DNA from: an uncultured Mycoplasmatota bacterium
Lineage (GTDB): Bacteria; Bacillota_I; Bacilli_A; RF39; UBA660
Assembly: GCA_947652325.1 (NCBI GenBank)
Contig: CANTCQ010000001.1
Coordinates: 134,725 to 198,724 of the forward strand
Reading direction: 5' to 3'
DNA length: 64,000 bases
Below are positions 1 to 9,426 of the stretch, in pieces (the stretch's first letter is position 1; each line of letters starts with the position of its first letter). The translations under genes were made by a program, and so were the position numbers. Below the pieces are notes generated by a model that did no database searches, was not told where the DNA came from, and saw only the letters and a program-made list of their open reading frames with translations.

Positions 1-2434
1 TCTAAAAATTATGGCGGAAATTTTAGAAAAAGCACATTGAAAAAGTGTGTACGATTGTTAAACACATTTCAGAAATCCTTTATTTATAAGGGTTTTAGAA
101 AAAGACAAAGTTAACGATTGTATAACAAATCTCTTAAATGTAAACGCTTGTATTTTCTAGAGTACCTTATGAAATAAGGGAAAACTAGCCACTGGCTAGT
201 TCTTTGTAAACAGGTTTATCCTGCTTTTCTTTTGTTTTGATTATTTTGGAAAAAGTGTGTTTTTGATAGCCATAACTTCGGCCATAAGTATGACTATAAT
301 TTTTAATATTTTTGTAATTTTGATAGCTATGATTTAGTTATCTTTTTTTGTTTGGAGAGCTGTATAAAAGAGACAAGCGCGTTATAATTTCTTTAAGATT
401 ATTTTAAGAAAGTTGGTGCGTAACTATGAAATGAATTGTTTAAGAATTTAAAGGGGGTAATAATTAAATGGAAAGAAGTGATAAAAAGTGCGAACATCTA
501 AAAACTTATGTAGCAGAAATTGCTATGCTAGAATTTATCAAAGATAATAATTTAATTGATATTAACGAATTCAAGAAAATCAAAAATAAAATTGAAAATG
601 AATATGCAAAATACAATAGATTAAACAATTCAAAATATAGTTTTGCATAAAATAAAATATTTGAAATATGCTATGATTCAACAATTAGGAAAGGAATAAA
701 TGAATAATAATAAAGTTGAAGTAATAGCACCAACTTCTAAAACAATGTGCTTAAAAGAAAATGTAAAATATAAACTTATTCGTACTTGTGCTTATTGTAG
801 AGTTAGCACAGATAATGAAGATCAGAAAACAAGTTATGACTCACAACGAATCCATTATAAAAATATGATAGAAGAAAATCCTGATTATGAGTTTGTAGGA
901 ATTTATGCTGATGAAGGTATTACAGGAACACAAACAAAAAAGAGAGAACAATTTAATCAAATGATGAGTGATGCTTTAAATGGTAAAATTGATTTGATAC
1001 TAGCAAAGTCTATATCTAGGTTTGCTCGTAATACCGTTGATACTTTAAATTGTGTTAGGTTACTTCGAGAACATAATGTAGATGTTTATTTTGAAAAAGA
1101 AAATATACACACTCTAGGTTTATCAAATGAATTATTTCTGACTTTATATAGTGCTTTTGCTCAAGCGGAAAGTGAGTCTATTTCAGAAAATGTCAAAGCT
1201 GGAGTTCGTATGAAAATGAAACGTGGCGAATTGGTAGGAAAGTATGCTCCATTTGGTTATTTATATGATAAAGAAAAAGATATCATAATACCTGATGAAA
1301 GTAAGAAAGATATCGTTACTTATATTTTTGAAGAATACTCTAAAGGTGTAGGTTTTAGAACAATAGCATTACAACTTAATCAACTTGGTATACCTAGTCC
1401 ATCTAATTTAAAATGGTGTCATGCGTCAGTACGAAGAATCATTGTAAATGAAAAATATGTAGGAGATTTAAAGACTGGTAAATATTATACGGAAAATGTA
1501 CTAACTCATAAAAAGAAAGTCAATTATGGAGAAAAAGAACAATTTTTTACTTCCAATCATCACGAGCCGATTATCTCTCGCGAGTTATGGAATAAGTGTC
1601 AAGAAATACTAACGATTAGAAGTAAAATTATCAAGCCAGATGGAAATAGAGATAAATTCAGTCGTAAATATGCTTTCAGTAGTAAAATCTTTTGTGGAAT
1701 ATGTGGGGAGAGATTTATTAGGCGTTCTTATAAAATTAGGAGTAATGGAAAAGAAGTTGCTTATTGGATATGTCGAAGTCATAGAAATAAAATTGAATGT
1801 TCCAATCTCATTCATTATAAACAAGAAGAATTAGAAGATATATTTGTAATTGCTTATAATAAATTATTTCAAGATAGTGATAAATATATCAACTCATTTA
1901 TGAAAAAAGTAAATGAAGTTATCAATGAAAAACAAGATAATCTTAATCATAAGAAGATACAAGATGAAATATCTAAATTAGAAAATAAGTTATCTAATCT
2001 CATTGATTTACAACTTGATGGCTCTATTTCAAAAGAAATACTAAATCAAAAAAATATTGAAATTTCCAATAAGATTAAAGAGTACGAACAACAACTAAAA
2101 GATACTGAAAATATAGAACTCACTAGAAAACAAAAGTTAGAACAAATTGATAAAATATCCAATACTCTAAAACAATACAAAGGTCTTACTAATTTTAATG
2201 AAGAAGTCTTTAATAGTCTTGTTGATAAGATTATTATTGGCGAAAAGTTAGAAAACGGAGAAGAAGATTTTTACAAGATTAAATTCATTTTAAAAACTGG
2301 AGAGTTAATCAACGAAAACCTTCCAAATGGGAAACTAGATATAGGAACAAGTTTTGGTAAGTATGGTTTTACAATCACAAAACAAGAACTTGAAGAAAAA
2401 GAAAATCAGGTGTCTGCCTATGTATTACAACGGC
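1..2434. mobile_element. probable terminal segment of an integrative element (serine-recombinase module); extends beyond the left window edge
   Basis: Large serine recombinase gene with a small upstream ORF and a repeat-rich non-coding leader. Homology to a second, antisense recombinase N-terminus breaks at ~2434, giving a candidate junction. The boundary is inferred, not proven. Confidence 0.35.
468..650 (+). CDS. small hypothetical protein (60 aa) upstream of the recombinase
   Basis: ORF with a GGGGG Shine-Dalgarno-like run ~10 nt before the ATG. Co-oriented with the recombinase gene and 50 nt from it. No recognisable motif. Confidence 0.45.
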   Translation: MERSDKKCEHLKTYVAEIAMLEFIKDNNLIDINEFKKIKNKIENEYAKYNRLNNSKYSFA

Positions 2435-2550
2435 ACACGAGTATAGATTCCACATATCTTTTTTTCTTCATTCATAAAATCTCATTCCTTTCTTTAAATT
2501 CAAAAAACACAAAAGATTTTTCCTTTGTGTTCAACAAATTGATTATATAA
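700..2550 (+). CDS. large serine recombinase
   Basis: 'AYCRVSTDNEDQ' catalytic-Ser motif and 'LAKSISRFARN'. Central recombinase domain, 'CGICGERF...WICRSH' zinc ribbon, and a long K/E/L-rich coiled coil. The last ~40-75 aa look like read-through across a junction. Confidence 0.9.
   Translation: MNNNKVEVIAPTSKTMCLKENVKYKLIRTCAYCRVSTDNEDQKTSYDSQRIHYKNMIEENPDYEFVGIYADEGITGTQTKKREQFNQMMSDALNGKIDLILAKSISRFARNTVDTLNCVRLLREHNVDVYFEKENIHTLGLSNELFLTLYSAFAQAESESISENVKAGVRMKMKRGELVGKYAPFGYLYDKEKDIIIPDESKKDIVTYIFEEYSKGVGFRTIALQLNQLGIPSPSNLKWCHASVRRIIVNEKYVGDLKTGKYYTENVLTHKKKVNYGEKEQFFTSNHHEPIISRELWNKCQEILTIRSKIIKPDGNRDKFSRKYAFSSKIFCGICGERFIRRSYKIRSNGKEVAYWICRSHRNKIECSNLIHYKQEELEDIFVIAYNKLFQDSDKYINSFMKKVNEVINEKQDNLNHKKIQDEISKLENKLSNLIDLQLDGSISKEILNQKNIEISNKIKEYEQQLKDTENIELTRKQKLEQIDKISNTLKQYKGLTNFNEEVFNSLVDKIIIGEKLENGEEDFYKIKFILKTGELINENLPNGKLDIGTSFGKYGFTITKQELEEKENQVSAYVLQRHTSIDSTYLFFFIHKISFLSLNSKNTKDFSFVFNKLII
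2425..2475 (-). pseudogene. 5' remnant of a second serine recombinase gene (16 codons, then stop)
   Basis: The reverse strand reads ATG-'MNEEKKICGIYTRV'-PL-stop. 'I-x-G-I-Y-x-R-V' is the canonical start of the resolvase catalytic motif (..IYxRVS..). An AGGAA lies upstream. Homology ends exactly where the catalytic Ser codon should be. Confidence 0.35.
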
Positions 2551-2606
2551 AAAGTAAATTTACTTGCTATTAATCCAGTAGCATATACTATTTTACTAGT
2601 ATTACT

Positions 2607-2683
2607 TGCAATGTCTAGGCAAAAATCGTGCAAATTTCCTGCAAAAAAGTTGCAAAATTGTTGCAAAAAACATGCAATTCATT
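2607..2683. repeat. seven tandem 11-bp units beginning (T/G)GCAA
   Basis: TGCAA/GGCAA occurs at 2607, 2618, 2629, 2640, 2651, 2662 and 2673, an exact 11-bp period. Most units carry an A-tract. Confidence 0.85.
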
Positions 2684-2748
2684 ATTGTTGAACACATTAG
2701 AAAATTCTAAATAAATTGTAGGAATGGAATGATTTCTAAATTTCATAC

Positions 2749-3024
2749 TTAATTTAATGACTTAATATATTCTTCTAAATTACTTAATGGAATAGGTTTA
2801 CTTAAGTTTTCAACATAAACGTTTGGCTCATAATTAAATGCTAAATAAGTAATTCCTTTTATTACAATCCTATGTGGTTCTACATAAGAGAGATTTGTAT
2901 GTTCTATCGTTCTAATACTTCCATTATGGATTATTGGGGTAGTATTACAAAAACTACATATAAATTCTATTTTATTTTTTAAAGCAGTTTCCATTTCAAT
3001 TTCTTGTTTAATAATATTAATCAT
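2749..3024 (-). CDS. hypothetical protein (91 aa)
   Basis: ORF with a GAGGAG RBS upstream (reverse complement of ctcctc at 3033-3038). No recognisable domain. Confidence 0.5.
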   Translation of the reverse strand: MINIIKQEIEMETALKNKIEFICSFCNTTPIIHNGSIRTIEHTNLSYVEPHRIVIKGITYLAFNYEPNVYVENLSKPIPLSNLEEYIKSLN

Positions 3025-3053
3025 TAAAGAATCTCCTCACTTTCTTTTACACA

Positions 3054-3083
3054 ACAAAAAATCAATTCCATTTCTAGAATTGA
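3054..3083 (-). terminator. intrinsic terminator ending the minus-strand tRNA operon
   Basis: Stem TCAATTC/GAATTGA (3062-3068 / 3077-3083), followed on the minus strand by TTTTTT. Confidence 0.6.
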
Positions 3084-3130
3084 TATTTATCATTAAGCTC
3101 TAACTATAAAAGTTCGAGCAGATTCTTCTC

Positions 3131-3206
<76 letters not shown>

Positions 3207-3214
3207 AAAAAAAA

Positions 3215-3291
3215 TGGCGGTCCCGAAGGGATTTGAACCCTCGATCTTCTGCGTGACAGGCAGACGTGATAGACCGCTACACTACGGGACC
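3215..3291 (-). tRNA. tRNA-Asp (GTC)
   Basis: Reverse complement is GGTCCCGTAGTGTAGCGGT...CT-GTC-AC...GGTTCAAATCC...GCCA. Confidence 0.95.
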
Positions 3292-3294
3292 ATA

Positions 3295-3371
<77 letters not shown>

Positions 3372-3385
3372 ATATATATAAATAA

Positions 3386-3478
3386 TGGCGGAGGAAAAGG
3401 GATTCGAACCCCTGCGCCGCTTGCGCGACCTATCGGTTTTCAAGACCGGTCCCTTCAGCCAGACTTGGGTATTCCTCC
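3386..3478 (-). tRNA. tRNA-Ser (TGA)
   Basis: Reverse complement is GGAGGAATACCCAAGTCTGGCTGAAGGG...CT-TGA-AA, with a long variable arm, then ...GGTTCGAATCC...GCCA. Confidence 0.95.
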
Positions 3479-3490
3479 AGCGACAAATTG

Positions 3491-3520
3491 ATTATAACAC
3501 AGTACTTTTTTCTATGTCAA
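3491..3520 (-). promoter_or_regulatory. sigmaA-type promoter for the Ser-fMet-Asp-Phe tRNA operon
   Basis: The minus strand reads TTGACA-N18-TATAAT with a TGt extended -10. It ends ~12 nt before the tRNA-Ser 5' end. Confidence 0.6.
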
Positions 3521-3561
3521 CCGCAAAAAATATCATTTTTTTGTATTTTAATAAAAAAGTC

Positions 3562-3590
3562 TTGATTATTTTATTTTTTAATATTATACT
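3562..3590 (+). promoter_or_regulatory. sigmaA-type promoter for tRNA-Leu
   Basis: TTGATT-N17-TATACT, ~33 nt upstream of the tRNA-Leu 5' end. Confidence 0.45.
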
Positions 3591-3623
3591 TAAGAAGTCT
3601 TATGTAATTAAGACAAGTGCCAT

Positions 3624-3712
3624 GCCTAAGTGGCGGAATAGGTAGACGCACAGGACTTAAAATCCTGCGGGTGTTAAAACCCGTGCCGGTTCAAGTCCGG
3701 CCTTGGGCACCA
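3624..3712 (+). tRNA. tRNA-Leu (TAA)
   Basis: GCCTAAGTGGCGGAATAGGTAGACGC...CT-TAA-AA, with a long variable arm, then ...GGTTCAAGTCCGGCCTTGGGCACCA. Confidence 0.95.
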
Positions 3713-3791
3713 TTTATGTCAATAATCCTCGTTTTATGCGAGGTTTTATTTTTGTAAGTATTTTTATTAAAAATTTGAAAGAAGGAAAATA

Positions 3792-5201
3792 ATGAAAAAA
3801 ACAAAAATTATCTGTAGTATAGGCCCCTCTACTCAAACATGGGAAAATTTTAAAGGATTAGTAGAAGCTGGAATGAATGTTGCGCGTATCAATTTTTCTC
3901 ATGCGACATTAGAGGAAAGAGCGTTGGATGAAAATCTAGTAAAAAGAGCAAATGAAGAATTGGATGCTAATATTGCAATTCTTTATGATACAAAAGGACC
4001 AGATTTAAGAACTTGTAGTTTTGATGGGGATACGATTGAATTAGTTGCTGGAGAAAAAATTCGAATAGTAGAAGAAGAAGTTTTAGGAACAAAAGATGTT
4101 ATTTGTTTTAATTATAGAGGAGTAGTAAAAGATTTAAAAGTGGGAATGATGGTTTTACTTGATGATGGTTTTTATAAATTGCTTGTTGAAAGTGAAGACA
4201 ATGATGGAGGAGTTACTTGTAAGATTGTCAATAGTGGTATTATTAAAAGTAGACGTGGAGTTTGTATTCCTGGAATAAAATTAAATGTAAGTTACATAAG
4301 TGAGCAAGATAGAGAAGATATAAAATACGCTTGTGAAAAAGACGGAGATTTTTTAGCTATTTCTTTTGTAAATAGTGCAGATAATATTCGTGAAGTGCGT
4401 GCTTTGTGTAAAGAATATGGAAAGCCAAACATGCCAATTATTTCAAAAGTAGAAACGCAATATGCCATGGATAATTTGGACGAAATAGTAGATGAGACAG
4501 ATTATGTAATGGTAGCTAGAGGCGATTTAGGAATTGAAACGGGTGTTGAAAATTTACCTCTTTACCAACAAATGATGATTTCAAAATGCCGTGAAAAAGG
4601 AAAAGGTGTTATTATGGCTACGCAAATGATGTCTAGTATGAAATCAAATATTAGGCCTACTAATGCTGAAGTTACAGATGTTGCTAATGCAGTCTTAGCT
4701 GGTTGCGATGCTGTTATGACTAGTGATGAAACAACTATTGGAAAATATCCTGTAGAAACGATAAAAAGCATGGCAGAGATTTGTGAAAGTGTTGAAAGTT
4801 ATTATAAATATGATTATCGTTATGATAAAAAAGAAGTTAAAGATGTTACCACTATTATTGCAAGAAGTGTCGTTGCTGCAAGTAATGAAATAGAAGCTAA
4901 GGTAATTGTTACTGCTTCTATGTCTGGATATACAGCGATACAAATTAGTAATTTAAGACCAAATGCTCTTGTTTTAGCAATGGTACCTAATAAGAAAGTG
5001 GAAAAATCATTAAATTTAAGATATGGTGTTTGTCCCGTTGTTACAGGTGTTTATAGTACAACAGATGAATTAGTTCATGATGCTAAAATTTATGCTAAAA
5101 AATTTCTTGAAAATGATGGGAAACATACAATTTTAATTGCAGGAGGATTTCCACATACCGGAGTTCATATGACCAATTTTATGAAAATTGAAGAAATCTA
5201 A
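3792..5201 (+). CDS. pyk: pyruvate kinase
   Basis: 'KTKIICSIGPST', 'MNVARINFSH', 'YDTKGP', 'MVARGDLGIE' and full-length PK architecture. Confidence 0.95.
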   Translation: MKKTKIICSIGPSTQTWENFKGLVEAGMNVARINFSHATLEERALDENLVKRANEELDANIAILYDTKGPDLRTCSFDGDTIELVAGEKIRIVEEEVLGTKDVICFNYRGVVKDLKVGMMVLLDDGFYKLLVESEDNDGGVTCKIVNSGIIKSRRGVCIPGIKLNVSYISEQDREDIKYACEKDGDFLAISFVNSADNIREVRALCKEYGKPNMPIISKVETQYAMDNLDEIVDETDYVMVARGDLGIETGVENLPLYQQMMISKCREKGKGVIMATQMMSSMKSNIRPTNAEVTDVANAVLAGCDAVMTSDETTIGKYPVETIKSMAEICESVESYYKYDYRYDKKEVKDVTTIIARSVVAASNEIEAKVIVTASMSGYTAIQISNLRPNALVLAMVPNKKVEKSLNLRYGVCPVVTGVYSTTDELVHDAKIYAKKFLENDGKHTILIAGGFPHTGVHMTNFMKIEEI

Positions 5202-5227
5202 AGTAAAATTTTAGATTTCTTTTTTTA
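5192..5227. terminator. bidirectional terminator shared by convergent pyk and the helicase gene
   Basis: Perfect 10-bp stem AGAAATCTAA/TTAGATTTCT overlapping both stop codons, with T-runs on both strands. Confidence 0.7.
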
Positions 5228-6707
5228 TTTCTTTTATAAAAGTAGAAGAATTAAAATAGGGAACTAATAAGTAACAGTAATTTTTTGTTCTTGTTAATGC
5301 TACATAAAAAAGTCTTCGTTCTTCTTCAAATAAAAAATTTTCTTCTGCTTGAATTAAGTAAGTTATACAATGATTTTTTCGTTTACAAGGAAGACCTAAT
5401 TCTGTGTTTTCTAAATTAATGATAATCACATTATCGCTTTCGAGTCCTTTTGATTTATGAATGGTTAAATATCTTAAATGATATGGTTTTTTTTCTAATC
5501 TAAAATAACCATTTTCTTGCCAGGTTATTTTTTCTTTTGGAATAAATCGATAAATGTCAAAGTTATTTCTACCTAGAATTAATATTTCTCCTTTATTTAT
5601 ATAAGTTATTAATTTAAGAAGTGTTTTGTATTTATTTCCATATTTTTTGATTTTTATTGGTTTTTTTAAATGTTTTTTTGATTTTAAATCTTTGTGAATT
5701 TGCTCTTTGTTTTTCATCACGAAATCACCTGCTGCTTTTATAAGTTCTTGACTATTTCGGTATGTATTTTCAATTTTAAAAATTTTGGCATTGGAAAAAT
5801 ACTTTTGAAAATGCAAAAAAATATTTAAATCGCATCCCGAAAATTTATAAATAGATTGAAAATCATCTCCGACTACGGTTAGATTGGCATTCGAATTTTT
5901 AACTACTTGCAATATAAATTGCAAGCGTAGTTTTGAAGTGTCTTGAAATTCATCAATAATAATTTCTTTGTAATGGCAAATTTTTTTTTGGCCACATATT
6001 TCAGTGGCTTTTTTTATTAAATCATCAAAATCAAAATATTCTTTTTTTATTTTTTCCGTTTCATAATAATTTAGGATAGCATAGATGATATATAAAATGC
6101 TATTCGTCTTCTTATTGATGAATAATTTCTTGAATTCTTTTTTGCTCCTTCCGTGAGTGCTGTATAATGTAATAAATGTTTTTATTATTTGTTGTAGTTC
6201 TTTTCCTTCTTTTGTATATAAAAATTCGATTGCTTTTCTTTTTGAAATAAAAATCTTTTTGCAAATTTTTTGCCATTGTTTTTTTAAAAATGTATTTTTC
6301 CAAATTTCTTTTTTTAAAAAAGTACTTATGGTTTCTTCTAAAAAGCTTTCAGGAGCAATTTGGTATTCTTTATTTTCTTTATCTAAAATTGTGAGGGCCA
6401 GTTTGTGAAAAGTAAAAACATTTACTTTTTTATTATGAATCTTTTCTTTTAAACTTCTCGTTGCTTCGTTTGTAAAGGAAATACATAAGATTTCTTCTGG
6501 TTTTACATTTTTTATTTCTGTTAAATATTTTATTTTTCCCACTAAAGTTAAAGTTTTTCCGGATCCAGCTCCAGCTACAATTAAGGAATGTTTTTTCGCT
6601 TTTAAAATAGCTTCTTTTTGTTGTTCATCTAAGGCATATCCATTAATGTTATTAAAAAAATTTGTAGTCATATATGCATGATAGTATGAAAATATTATGT
6701 TTGTCAA
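5211..6707 (-). CDS. UvrD/Rep-family superfamily-1 DNA helicase (short form)
   Basis: Walker A 'AGAGSGKT', motif II 'IIDEFQDTS', 'VVGDDFQSIY', 'TIHKSKGLE', 'LFYVALTRTK'. The true start is probably ATG at 6671 ('MTTNFF'), because a TTGACA...TATCAT promoter-like pair lies inside the longer ORF. Confidence 0.85.
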   Translation of the reverse strand: MTNIIFSYYHAYMTTNFFNNINGYALDEQQKEAILKAKKHSLIVAGAGSGKTLTLVGKIKYLTEIKNVKPEEILCISFTNEATRSLKEKIHNKKVNVFTFHKLALTILDKENKEYQIAPESFLEETISTFLKKEIWKNTFLKKQWQKICKKIFISKRKAIEFLYTKEGKELQQIIKTFITLYSTHGRSKKEFKKLFINKKTNSILYIIYAILNYYETEKIKKEYFDFDDLIKKATEICGQKKICHYKEIIIDEFQDTSKLRLQFILQVVKNSNANLTVVGDDFQSIYKFSGCDLNIFLHFQKYFSNAKIFKIENTYRNSQELIKAAGDFVMKNKEQIHKDLKSKKHLKKPIKIKKYGNKYKTLLKLITYINKGEILILGRNNFDIYRFIPKEKITWQENGYFRLEKKPYHLRYLTIHKSKGLESDNVIIINLENTELGLPCKRKNHCITYLIQAEENFLFEEERRLFYVALTRTKNYCYLLVPYFNSSTFIKEIKKEI

Positions 6708-6905
6708 AAGGCAAAATTATATAATTTTGCATTGTAAAACAAGAAATTATTTTTATAAAAATACATTAGTAATTTTGTTTGTAAAAATTTTTAGTTAAAA
6801 GTAGATAATTGTTTTAAAAAACAAGTATTTTTTGTTTCTTAAAAGAAGAAATTAAGTTATAATAAAAAAAGGAAATAACAAGTTTTTTGTAGTAAGGATG
6901 ATTAT

Positions 6906-8087
6906 ATGTATCGAAAAACGTATGCCCGAATAGATGGAAATATTTTAGAGGAGAATACAAAAGAAATCATTAAAGAATACGAAGAGTACAAGTATTATTT
7001 TGGTGTTGTAAAAAACAATGCTTACCATCATGGAATTCGAGTAGTAACCAATTTAATTCGTGGTGGAATTAATTATTTGGCTACCTCTTCACTAGAAGAA
7101 GCCTTAGAAATTCGTAAATATAATTTAGATATACCTATTTTGGTTTTGGAACCTATAGATTTAGCATTTATTGATGATGCCATTAGCCAAAAAATTTCGT
7201 TAACGGTAGATAGTTTAGAATATGCAAAACAACTTCAGAAAATGGATTTGCCTTATGAAGTTATTTTACATATTAAAATAGATTCAGGAATGAACCGTTT
7301 GGGAATAAAAACAAAAAAAGATTTAAATGATACTATGAAATTTCTAAAGAAAAATGAAAAGTTGTATGTGGAAGGAATTTATTCTCATTTGGCTACTTCT
7401 GGGCTTTGCGATTTTTATTATGATAAGCAAATAGCTACTTTTAAAGAAATCGTAAGTGATATCGATTTATCTTCGATTCCTATTGTACATATAGATAGAA
7501 GCTTAACATTTGTTGCTCATGAAAAATTAGATTTTGTAAATGGTGTACGTTTAGGGATTGCTTTATTTGGATTTAGTGGTAGCAGAAAAAGAACAATAGG
7601 TTTTAAATATACATTGCGTGAAATAAAGCGAAATCTTTATTTAAAAAGATATCATCTTAGTAAAACCATTTTAGAAAATGATTTAAAACTTCATACAGCT
7701 TTTTCTTTGTTTACAGAAGTTATTTCGATACGAAAGGTTTTTAAAGGAGAAGTGGTTGGGTATAATGCATCTTATAAAGTTAAAGAAGATGGGTATATTG
7801 CAACACTTCCTATTGGCTTTGCAGATGGTATTACAAAAGATTTTGGATTTGTTGTTATCCATAAAAAAAGATATTCTATTGTAGCAGATTCTATGGACAT
7901 GGTAATGGTTCTTGTAGATAAAAGTGTAAAAATGAAAGATAAAGTGGAGATTTTTGGAGATACTATTAGTATTCCAGAGGTAACAAGTAGGTTAGGAACA
8001 AATGCCTATCATTTGTTTAATCAAATTAGTAATCGTGTTCCTAGAATTCATATAGAAGAGGAAGAAGAATACGAAATAAAATATTAG
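6906..8087 (+). CDS. alr: alanine racemase family (PLP-dependent)
   Basis: 'VVKNNAYHHG' PLP-lysine motif, 'GIYSHLA', and C-terminal beta-domain features ('GYNASY', 'PIGFADG'). Confidence 0.85.
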   Translation: MYRKTYARIDGNILEENTKEIIKEYEEYKYYFGVVKNNAYHHGIRVVTNLIRGGINYLATSSLEEALEIRKYNLDIPILVLEPIDLAFIDDAISQKISLTVDSLEYAKQLQKMDLPYEVILHIKIDSGMNRLGIKTKKDLNDTMKFLKKNEKLYVEGIYSHLATSGLCDFYYDKQIATFKEIVSDIDLSSIPIVHIDRSLTFVAHEKLDFVNGVRLGIALFGFSGSRKRTIGFKYTLREIKRNLYLKRYHLSKTILENDLKLHTAFSLFTEVISIRKVFKGEVVGYNASYKVKEDGYIATLPIGFADGITKDFGFVVIHKKRYSIVADSMDMVMVLVDKSVKMKDKVEIFGDTISIPEVTSRLGTNAYHLFNQISNRVPRIHIEEEEEYEIKY

Positions 8088-8211
8088 CGATGAATAATTT
8101 TGGTTGATTGAATGTTATTGAAAATAAAACTAAAAGTTTGATGAATTTATAAAAAGTTTTTAATGGTAAAGCTAGGAAATGATTTCGTACTTTATAGAAA
8201 GGAAAAATATT

Positions 8212-9420
8212 ATGGATTTTGAAGTATTAATATTAGGAACTGATGCTAATGCTTATTATATGGCAAGATGTTGCTATGAAGCTTATCAAAAAAAATCTTA
8301 TTTAATAGGACCAAGTCGCCTTGCTTTTACAAAATTTTCGAATATTTTACATATTTCTTATCAAAATATTTGGAATGAAGAGACTTTTTTTGAGACACTT
8401 GATATTTTTGCAAAAAAACATGTAAATAAAAAAATCGTGTTAATTAGTACTAATGAAACTTATGCAGAGTTTATTTCTGGAAACAAAGAGAGAATAAATG
8501 AACAATATGTGTATAACTATCCAACGATGGATGTTATAAAAAGTTTGACCAACAAAGAAAATTTTTATAAAACGTATCAAAATTATTGTTTGAAATTTCC
8601 CAAAACAGTTTTTTATGATTGTCAAGAAGATAGTAAAGACTTTACAAATTTCACTTATCCAATTGTTGTAAAGCCTGCTAATGTTGTTTCTTATAATCAT
8701 TTGAATTTTGAAGGGAAACATAAAATTTATAAAGTAAAGAATGAAAAAGAATTAATTGCTATTATTACTACTATTAAAAATGGTGGATATACAGATAAAT
8801 TGATTTTACAAGAATTTATTCCAGGAGATGATTCGTGTCTTTTTGATTCTGTTGTTTATGCCAATCAAAAGGGGCAAGTTGAGTTTATGAGTTTTGCCCA
8901 AATTGGGCTTCAAGAACGAACCAAGTCAATGGTAGGAAATGCAGCAGTATTAATAAATGGATTTAATACAACTAAAGGAAATATACGGACAATGGAAAAA
9001 GATATCAAAAAGTTTATGGAAAGCATTCATTATCAAGGGTTTGCAGAAATTGATATGAAATATGATAAACGTGATAATACATTTAAAGTGCTAGAAATTA
9101 ATGCAAGACAAGGAAGGTGTAGTTATTATGTTGCTGCTCTTGGAAAAAATTTGGTCCGTATTTTAGTGGATGATTTATTGTATGGTATAGAAAATGATTA
9201 TGTCTTTTTAGATAAGAAAGTGCTTTTGTCTTTTGTACCAAAAGGTATTATAAAAAAATATATTCAAAATAAAGCTTTTAAAAAAGAAGTATTGAGCTTA
9301 TGGAAAAAGGTTGTAAAACCAATGGATGCGCCAAGTGACAAAAATTTCAAACGTTTTTTGATGCTTCGAAAGAGATGGTTTCATTACTATAAAGAATATA
9401 AAAATAGTTATTGGAGGTAA
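8212..9420 (+). CDS. ATP-grasp carboxylate-amine ligase (D-aspartate-ligase-like)
   Basis: 'VVKPAN', 'LILQEFIPGDDS', 'FAEIDMKYDKRDNTFKVLEINARQGR'. The ORF opens at 8179, but an AAGGA RBS precedes ATG 8212 ('MDFEVLILG'). Confidence 0.75.
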   Translation: MDFEVLILGTDANAYYMARCCYEAYQKKSYLIGPSRLAFTKFSNILHISYQNIWNEETFFETLDIFAKKHVNKKIVLISTNETYAEFISGNKERINEQYVYNYPTMDVIKSLTNKENFYKTYQNYCLKFPKTVFYDCQEDSKDFTNFTYPIVVKPANVVSYNHLNFEGKHKIYKVKNEKELIAIITTIKNGGYTDKLILQEFIPGDDSCLFDSVVYANQKGQVEFMSFAQIGLQERTKSMVGNAAVLINGFNTTKGNIRTMEKDIKKFMESIHYQGFAEIDMKYDKRDNTFKVLEINARQGRCSYYVAALGKNLVRILVDDLLYGIENDYVFLDKKVLLSFVPKGIIKKYIQNKAFKKEVLSLWKKVVKPMDAPSDKNFKRFLMLRKRWFHYYKEYKNSYWR

Positions 9421-9426
9421 TAGTAC

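Noticed and set aside
2472-2666. 64-aa minus-strand ORF across the recombinase 3' end and the 11-bp repeat array
   Set aside because: Its translation is driven by the TGCAA repeat and the read-through tail, and it has no RBS. The shorter 16-codon recombinase-like remnant at 2425-2475 is in a different frame and is the more informative feature.
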